Sequence record: DRR723986_9138
Length of the DNA stretch: 43,760 nt
Strand: one strand, 5' to 3'
Within the stretch, counting starts at the first letter, position 1, and every line of letters begins with the position of its first letter. Positions 37,701-43,760 of this stretch are shown here, in pieces. A program made the position numbers and the translations under genes. A model generated the notes under the pieces. The model searched no databases. It had not been told where the DNA came from and saw only the letters and a program-made list of their open reading frames with translations.

Positions 37701-39248
37701 AATGCTCGTCAAACACGCCCTGGCCGTTACATCCTGGCTGCGCGTATGCGCATTCCTGGTGGTGACCCAGAACCAGAAAACGATACGACTTATGGTGAAT
37801 TCCAGCTCGTATTCGGTGATGCGTTTGCGTATGATCCACCGAGCAACACAGGTACAAACGATGTACCTCAGTTCTCACAGGCTGTTGGTAAAGGTCTTAA
37901 CCTTTCCGGTGTAAACAGTGGTGGCTTTAACGGCAACACTGCTTTCGGTTCCGATGCTGGTAACCGCTCCGGTCAAATTGCCATGAAGTTCGAACTCTCC
38001 TCGCAAGATACCCTCTTCGGTTATCAGGCACACTTCGGAAGTCTTAACTCTGATGTGTTGAACACGACTTACTCGATCTACAGAGATGGTGGCGGTACGC
38101 CATCAGCTACACGCATCAACGGTACGCGTATGCTCCGTCAGCGTGGTCTTTATGATGTAGATGCTAACGGTCGCCGTGCTACACCTCAGTCCGATCCTAT
38201 CTTCAACGAATACGCCACATACCTCCTGCCGAGCGAAGTAGTTCTCTCGCCAGGTGTATACTGGATGGCCGTTGCTCAAATGGGTACGGAAGGTTTTGAA
38301 CTTGGTGCTACTGGTTCACGTATGGGTATGCAGACTACTAACTACACGACCATTCCGGTTCTTGGTGTTAGTGGTACCAGCCTTATCATCGACAAAACAC
38401 TGCGTGAGCGTAACCGCTCTGGTCAGCTGATCAATGGTAGCTGGTTTGCATATGAGAACACATATCAAAGTGGTGCATGGTCCCAGTTCTCACCGACAAT
38501 CGGTAACCCTGGATATGCACACTTGCAGCACACTGGTCAAGTTGTCTTCTACCGTACGTTCACACGTGGTAGCTGGATTCCACTGATTCGTCCGTTCTTC
38601 GGCGATCGTGCCTTCAGCGATCCTCCACAGTATGTAGACTTCGAAGAGTGCGAGAAATTCACTCCAGTTGAGCTGACTGACTTTAACGGTGAGTCCCTGC
38701 CACCTGCAGGTATCGAACTGTTCTGGGAAACAGCTTCTGAGTCCAACAACGCCGGCTTCTACGTTGAGCGTCGTATGGCTAACTCCGATAGCGAGTTCCT
38801 CTCACTTGGATTCGTCCAAGGTGCTGGTTCCTCAACTGCTCCAGTGAAGTACGACTTCCTTGATGCTGATGTATTCCGTGGCGAAACCTACGAATATCGT
38901 CTGCGTCAGGTTGACTTCGACGGCTCGGTTTCCTTCTCCCGTGCAATCACGCTGAACTACGACTACGCAGATCAGCTGCAACTGGCGAACAAGCCGAATC
39001 CGTTTACTGAAACGACCGACATTAGCTTCAGCGTACCGAGTGCATCCAACGTTCGTCTTGAAATCATCGACGTTCTTGGTAACTCCGTTCGCGTTCTCCA
39101 TGACGGAGACATGCGTCCAGCCGCTGAGAAAACGATCGCTTGGGATACTCGTGACAACACGGGTGCTGAAGTTGCTGCAGGTGCTTACATCTGCCGCCTG
39201 ACTATCGGCGAAAACACGATCGTTCGCACGTTGAATGTTGTGAAGTAA
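34737..39248 (+). CDS. Large T9SS type-A secreted protein with N-terminal NIDO-like region; S-layer/major surface protein candidate
   Basis: GGAG-N6-ATG 34737 and a signal peptide. IGFPFYFNG..Y...YVSTNGLI...IAPFWDD; PVEL.DF...LFWETASE.NNAGF.VER domain; CTD KPNPFTETTDISF...IIDVLG...AGAYICRL...TLNVVK. Confidence 0.85.
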   Translation: MKRAFLAVLALSVLGSLPLVAGGKDSGDDLLRRSGGASYPQPFATDADWPRDEPAISTGYYIVDSEDGAGPPFTPRPSDLFVDTTTERGTWRRIISGPNQFPAEYWDTFDEGHMYFRNPGDATDSTDNAFAGPMSIGFPFYFNGIRYDSFYVSTNGLIALSNRRYFYDSETGERTIPEGQPTAWDPVSDDTRARFDPNDENGLDDDVADDWGYRWVACGGNPNNRNGGIRWGTNSNLTDNGPGPGIASTQVIDDAPIIAPFWDDWQLSQFNEELNLKEDYGQVWYKRSVSRDRLTIYYLQLSPIGIKTNPNGGIINFAENNRIGGGGPAFYVNAQVTLNRSDSTVNFLYRFKNPPLFVVNNRPVDPYAVIRFNSTVGVRGKARYIDDNFQEQRYSQHSTYLWNRNVFVVGPANSANSTPANDLAIKFKQYKNVLRVVRINYLIPDPTDGKFTIPVDNSNNYELLVGDQLLGAIQPVAIFQNLTNDIQGPQGVNFQKQGLRFRTRFKIQNDILNDTSVYSRQVCVDSLALRFPNVSGVRLVNFAGESVPFTGNGVPPYGFVEVKFPAYKTNQFLPNQIGRLTSLVIGEPAQCSGARAGYGDEWAFDDTTRIRLFGIRILNSFSDNVTDFSFSRREGTLPSVNKWVSLGAEAVDGDANTYAPPPPRGEFASANNEFVTLNSPVIRMNRFDLADNDLAPNGDELRSFPVDLRGRSSAILSFSYQRTGVPPNNTFNRGWSDATLIGPEIRVVQDGNWETTAPVQRPDLLELDFANPSPNAYDNITNIEPRGWGTHPNLADPDRPISNNPSYTVFGGGGERRGWSEMNSDSALSSQQGLRFNQFDDGKDQEFNKVFVEVPSYIMDAPNDGARYFRFKLSVRAARNSVPPNPQDDRDNFYVDNTAILFPTETPDLEVSLVRVNWPYTMVPASQAANVPVEVKLSNNSIIPSRAFAVQVLIKERGAADEFRVYCRAQTLPFLRAQTESIKQFPVWNARQTRPGRYILAARMRIPGGDPEPENDTTYGEFQLVFGDAFAYDPPSNTGTNDVPQFSQAVGKGLNLSGVNSGGFNGNTAFGSDAGNRSGQIAMKFELSSQDTLFGYQAHFGSLNSDVLNTTYSIYRDGGGTPSATRINGTRMLRQRGLYDVDANGRRATPQSDPIFNEYATYLLPSEVVLSPGVYWMAVAQMGTEGFELGATGSRMGMQTTNYTTIPVLGVSGTSLIIDKTLRERNRSGQLINGSWFAYENTYQSGAWSQFSPTIGNPGYAHLQHTGQVVFYRTFTRGSWIPLIRPFFGDRAFSDPPQYVDFEECEKFTPVELTDFNGESLPPAGIELFWETASESNNAGFYVERRMANSDSEFLSLGFVQGAGSSTAPVKYDFLDADVFRGETYEYRLRQVDFDGSVSFSRAITLNYDYADQLQLANKPNPFTETTDISFSVPSASNVRLEIIDVLGNSVRVLHDGDMRPAAEKTIAWDTRDNTGAEVAAGAYICRLTIGENTIVRTLNVVK

Positions 39249-39277
39249 TTCACGACTGAAAACGTAGCTTGATATAT

Positions 39278-39320
39278 AGAAAAGCCCTTGGACTATTGTG
39301 TCCAGGGGCTTTTCTCATTT
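39278..39320 (+). terminator. Rho-independent terminator
   Basis: agaaaagcccttggac-tattgt-gtccaggggcttttct stem (one G-U pair) with a T-rich tail, 30 nt after the stop. Confidence 0.9.
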
Positions 39321-39695
39321 TAAAGAACCTCTGCAATCGCAAATTGTTTAACGCTTCGACCATTCACACCAGCTATTCACTGCTGCAGTTCACGGTATTG
39401 AAGTACCAGGCCGGGGAGCCCTTGTAACCTTGGCCTTAATGCTGTGTTCCGTTTGCATCCTATACCATTCTTGTTCGCCCCTTTTTCAACTTATTCATTC
39501 TCAGACCCTGGAACTCCGAAACTTGAGCCACAAGAACCGGACAAGTCTGTGAATCAATGAGTTTTGACCCGTTCAGTCATTGCCTTCCAAATTCGGTCCA
39601 ATTGGAAGGATAGGCTGCCTACTTGACTCAGAAAGATCTGAGCAAACACAATCCTACTATTCACGGAATCAAGTACTCGTGCCGCCGGAGACTCT

Positions 39696-42600
39696 ATGCA
39701 AAAAGCTCTACAGTTTGCATTCTTTGTTCTGTTGTTGGGAATCTTAAACTGCAATTCCATTCTTGCCGGGCAAGACGATCTTTTGCGCTACAGCGCCGGC
39801 CAGTCCAATCCCGCTCCCTTCGATGGAACAACAGATTGGAATCAAAATCAGGCCGCTATCTCAACCGGATACTATTTTGTAGATAGTGATGACGGCGCAG
39901 GTGATAAATGGCGGCCAAGCCCCGAGTTGATCTGGAAGGACCTCCTAATAAATACCACATCCTGGACCCGCATAGTCTCAGGTCCCAATCAATTTCCGCC
40001 GGAACACTGGGAACAAAACCCAGCCGGGCATACCTATTTCCGGAATCCTGGAGATCTCAAGGATTCAACGGATAATGCCTTTGCCGGGCCAATCCACCTC
40101 GGATTTCCGTTCCACTATAATGGCGTGCGCTACGATAGTTTTTACGTTTCAAGCAATGGGCTGATAGCGCTTAGCAACCGCCGCTATTTCTATGATAACA
40201 ACGGCAATCGCATCATCCCCAACGGTCAGACTACAGCCTGGGATCCACAAGGCGATGACACCCGCCCCAAAGTCGATGAGCAAAATACCAATGGTATTAA
40301 CGATCAGACCCCAGATGACTGGGGCTATCAGTTTGTAGCCTGCGGCGGCAATCCCGAATTGCCAAGCGCCGGTATCCGCCAGCCGTTTAACACAAACCTT
40401 ACAGACGATCAAATCGCTGCTGCCGGTATTAACAAAGATGCACCAGTCATAGCACCGTTTTGGGACGACTGGCAGCTCTCGCAGAATCATCCACAGACGG
40501 GCGCTAAGCGCGATTTCGGCCAGGTCTGGTTCAAAAACTTTGGTTCCGAACTTGTTATCAAATTTGTGCAATTGATGCCCATTGGCAGAAAAAATCATCC
40601 CCAAACAGGACGACCTGACCTGCAGTTTTCAAAAGATCAGTTGACAGGTGAGACCGGAGCGTTTGCAATCAACGTTCAGGTAACCCTAAGTCGCAGAGAT
40701 AGTAGTGTCTCGGTCCTCTACGAATCAGTCAGCCCCAAACAATTGATTGTTAATAATCGCGAACTCAGCCCCTGGGATATTATCCGCCAAAATTCAACAG
40801 TCGGTCTGCGTGGTAAAGCGCGCTACATCGATGAGAACGACGAACAGCAGCGCTACACACAATACACCGAATTTATCCACAATGGTGATGTGTTTTCAGC
40901 ATCGAATATCCTGGCAAAAGCAAATGTACCACAGGACTTCTACGCCGTCAAATTTAAACAACACAGGAATCTACTGCGCATTGTAGATGTAGACTATCTG
41001 GTACCGGATCCAGCTGATGGCAGATATACAATCAGAATTGAAGACATCGAAGACTATGAGACATTGACCAATGATACTCGTCTGCGGTCATTTCTGCCAG
41101 TCGTTACGTTTCAGAACATGTCGAATAGTATTCAGGGAGCTTCCGGTGTTAACTACCGTGCCGAGGAGTTAAGCTTTGTTGGCAGAGTACAAATCAGAAA
41201 TGCAGCCCTTGGAGAGCTACTGTACTCTCGCCAGGTTTGTGTCGACAGTATCGCCCTGGCAAATCCCGAATCTTCTCGTGTGCGGCTGGTAAATGCGGCT
41301 GGTGACGAGTTAGCATTCACCGGCAAAGGAGTGCCGGTCTATGGTTTTGTTGAAATTCAGTTCCCGGCGGCCCTGGCGCCAGGACAGTTTCGCCCAAGTT
41401 TCCTTGGACAGCATATATTAACAGCCTTTGCTGACAGTTTAAGTTGTGAGAAGGGGCCACTGGGAGAAGAGTGGCCCTTTGACAACAGTCTATCACATCG
41501 AGTGCATGCATTAGGCATCTTGGAAGACTTCTATGATAATGGCAATGAATTCCATTATATTCAAAACGAAGGTCTGCTTCCATCTGTTAACAAGTGGGTG
41601 AGTATCGGCGCCGAAGCCGCAGATGGTGACGCCAACACATTTAATCCACCGCCACCCCGCGGAATGGTGGATGCTGCAAACAACCTATTTGTGTCGCTCA
41701 ACTCCCCGGTTATCAGATTAAATCGTCTTGCGCGTGATGGACAGGATCAGGCTCCCAATGGAGATGAACTGCGCTCCTGGCCGATCGACTTGCGCGAACA
41801 CGCATCCGCGGCACTTTCCTTTACATATCAACGCACGGGAATTCCGCCCTCGGGTAGCTATGACCGCGGTTGGGCCGATCAGGTTCTGGTAGGGCCGGAG
41901 GCACGTGTTGTCCAGAATGGTGACTGGAGCACAACTGTGCCAATCCGCAAGCCTGATGTTCTGGAGTTGCACTTTGCAAATCCATCCCCAAACAGATTCG
42001 ACAACATTGTTAACATTCCGGAAGATGGCTGGAGTAAACATCCGATACTTAACAGGTCGGGAGAATTCATAAGCGACAACCCTGCCTTTACAGTTTTTGG
42101 TGGTGGTGGCTATCGTCGTGGTTTTGCAGATGAAAACCCGGATTCGGCCTTAACCAGGCAGCAAGGTCTGAATCATAACCAGTATGATACTGGCCGCGAA
42201 CCGCGTTTTAGCAAAGTTGTCATGGAGATACCGCAGTATATTTTGGATGCGGACAATGACGGTGCGCGTTATTTCCGCTTTAAACTCGCCGTCAAAGCTC
42301 AGCGAAACGAAAGTGGATTGGGGCCGGTTGACGATGCTGATGACTTCTATATCGACAATGTTGCAATTACCACTCCATCCGAAACACCAGACTTGGAAGC
42401 ACTGGCCGTGCGGGTGGTTCCAAATGCGCATACGGGAATGCCGGCCAGTCAGGCAGAAAACCTCCAGATTACAACAACTCTGTGCAATAATAGTGATATA
42501 CCAAGTCGCGCTTTTGCTGTCCAGGTGTTAATTGCGGAACGTTATGATCCAGTAATGCCATTGCTCTACTCGCGCGCTCAAACCCTGCCGTTTCTGCGTG

Positions 42601-43760
42601 CTAAACAAACATCGGAGAAAGCATTTCCAACCTGGAATTCACGCCGAACCCGTCCTGGTGATTATATCCTTTGTGCGCGCATGCGCATCCCCGGCGGTGA
42701 TCCAAACCCACTTAACGATAGCACACATGGGTACTATGAGTTGGACTTTACTGACGCTATTACAGTGGACCGCCCATCGCGCATTGGTGTTAACAGTGTT
42801 CCAAATTTTGCCGCACGCGCAGGCAAGGGGATCAACCTAAGTGCTGCCAGCAGCGGTGCTTTCCAGAGTGGCAGCCCGTATGGCGCTGACGGCGGCAGCC
42901 TGCCGGGACAGATTGCGTTGCGATTTGACTTAAACACAGCCGATACAATTCGCGGGTACACAGCCTTCTTTGGTGGACTTAACAATGAGGCCGACGAGGT
43001 GCGGCTTGCGCTGCACCTGAACGTGGACGGTCAACCCGATACAGATCCACTACCCGGATCTGAGGTCATTCGCGAGCGTGGAAAGTTCGATTTGGATGCA
43101 TTTGGTGAGCCGGTGTCCCCAAATGCTGAGCGCAAGTTTAACACCTACGGAACCTATCAACTCAGTAATGAACTGCTAATTGATCCAGGCGTCTATTGGT
43201 TGGTTGTCACCCAACTTGAGTCGCGTGGTTTTGAGCTGGGCGGCTCGGATTATCGCATGGGCATGGCAACTCTTAACTATGCAACAACGCCGGTTCTGGG
43301 TGCTGCGGGCAACAGTATTCTGAATGGTTATGGCCTCCGCGAAAGTGAACTTGTTAACCCAGGTCGTGCCAATCGCCTTAATATTCTGTACAACAATAGC
43401 ACCAGTGGTGACGATTGGATTGCGTTTACACCAAATGTAGGCAACCCCGCATATGCGCATTTAACACACTCCGGGCAGGTGGGCTCTTACCGCACGTATT
43501 CGCGTGGATCTTTTGTGCCGATGCTTCGTCTTTACTTTGGATTTCGCGACTTTAACGATCCGCCGATTTACGTGGATGGTGTTAAACCCGTCGAACTCTC
43601 ACGTTTTGATGGCCTGGCTTTGCCGCCGCGCGGAATCGAACTCTTTTGGGAAACGGCCAGTGAGATCGATAATGCCGGGTTTTACGTTGAACGCCGTATC
43701 GCTGAGAGTAACTCAGAGTTTAAGCCGATTGGTTTTGTTAACGGTGCCGGAAGCAGTACC
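39696..43760 (+). CDS. Tandem paralog of the 1510-aa T9SS protein; 3'-truncated, missing from the ORF track
   Basis: GGAG-N5-ATG 39696 gives MQKALQFAFFVLLLGILNCNSILAGQDDLLR...AISTGYYFVDSDDGAG...SGPNQFP...YFRNPGD..DSTDNAFAGP. The same frame at the window end reads GFVNGAGSST, matching GFVQGAGSST of the upstream gene. The track lists no terminated ORF in this frame, so it is open throughout. Confidence 0.92.
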   Translation, partial: MQKALQFAFFVLLLGILNCNSILAGQDDLLRYSAGQSNPAPFDGTTDWNQNQAAISTGYYFVDSDDGAGDKWRPSPELIWKDLLINTTSWTRIVSGPNQFPPEHWEQNPAGHTYFRNPGDLKDSTDNAFAGPIHLGFPFHYNGVRYDSFYVSSNGLIALSNRRYFYDNNGNRIIPNGQTTAWDPQGDDTRPKVDEQNTNGINDQTPDDWGYQFVACGGNPELPSAGIRQPFNTNLTDDQIAAAGINKDAPVIAPFWDDWQLSQNHPQTGAKRDFGQVWFKNFGSELVIKFVQLMPIGRKNHPQTGRPDLQFSKDQLTGETGAFAINVQVTLSRRDSSVSVLYESVSPKQLIVNNRELSPWDIIRQNSTVGLRGKARYIDENDEQQRYTQYTEFIHNGDVFSASNILAKANVPQDFYAVKFKQHRNLLRIVDVDYLVPDPADGRYTIRIEDIEDYETLTNDTRLRSFLPVVTFQNMSNSIQGASGVNYRAEELSFVGRVQIRNAALGELLYSRQVCVDSIALANPESSRVRLVNAAGDELAFTGKGVPVYGFVEIQFPAALAPGQFRPSFLGQHILTAFADSLSCEKGPLGEEWPFDNSLSHRVHALGILEDFYDNGNEFHYIQNEGLLPSVNKWVSIGAEAADGDANTFNPPPPRGMVDAANNLFVSLNSPVIRLNRLARDGQDQAPNGDELRSWPIDLREHASAALSFTYQRTGIPPSGSYDRGWADQVLVGPEARVVQNGDWSTTVPIRKPDVLELHFANPSPNRFDNIVNIPEDGWSKHPILNRSGEFISDNPAFTVFGGGGYRRGFADENPDSALTRQQGLNHNQYDTGREPRFSKVVMEIPQYILDADNDGARYFRFKLAVKAQRNESGLGPVDDADDFYIDNVAITTPSETPDLEALAVRVVPNAHTGMPASQAENLQITTTLCNNSDIPSRAFAVQVLIAERYDPVMPLLYSRAQTLPFLRAKQTSEKAFPTWNSRRTRPGDYILCARMRIPGGDPNPLNDSTHGYYELDFTDAITVDRPSRIGVNSVPNFAARAGKGINLSAASSGAFQSGSPYGADGGSLPGQIALRFDLNTADTIRGYTAFFGGLNNEADEVRLALHLNVDGQPDTDPLPGSEVIRERGKFDLDAFGEPVSPNAERKFNTYGTYQLSNELLIDPGVYWLVVTQLESRGFELGGSDYRMGMATLNYATTPVLGAAGNSILNGYGLRESELVNPGRANRLNILYNNSTSGDDWIAFTPNVGNPAYAHLTHSGQVGSYRTYSRGSFVPMLRLYFGFRDFNDPPIYVDGVKPVELSRFDGLALPPRGIELFWETASEIDNAGFYVERRIAESNSEFKPIGFVNGAGSST

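Noticed and set aside
1-43760. CRISPR array, IS element, tRNA/rRNA, genomic-island boundaries
   Set aside because: No spaced direct repeats, transposase or integrase ORFs, or RNA gene signatures recognised. The apparent GC drop after about 8.3 kb was not computed and can be explained by protein composition.

Overview
Chromosomal window from a Bacteroidota-superphylum bacterium. This is inferred from T9SS type-A C-terminal domains, Gln-initiated mature secreted proteins, TAnnTTTG-like promoters and D-(S/T)-hydrophobic O-glycosylation sequons; a Kapabacteria/Ignavibacteria-like lineage is a guess. 1-8.3 kb holds the 3' part of a long coiled-coil surface protein with a Cbp1-like tip, then an acyl-CoA synthetase, ltaE, a thioesterase and a GH3 NagZ. 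8.5-33.3 kb looks like one co-regulated surface-appendage locus: two promoters share a 20/22-identical operator. It encodes a fibre-like protein, a 4844-aa repeat adhesin with an inserted GEVED domain, a NarL regulator, a codon-biased 772-aa protein, a dockerin-like paralog, a cohesin-like T9SS cargo and an OmpA-family barrel. The 772-aa protein equals one repeat of the giant and has matching N- and C-terminal rungs carrying its only two mature Cys. I interpret the locus as a candidate head-to-tail polymerising, possibly disulfide-linked beta-solenoid filament tethered by a cohesin-dockerin-like pair; this is a hypothesis, not a demonstrated structure. 33.7-43.8 kb holds a second NarL/UvrY-like regulator and two tandem paralogous ~1500-aa secreted proteins (S-layer candidates); the second is absent from the ORF track because it runs off the window. 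No rRNA, tRNA, CRISPR or mobile element was recognised.
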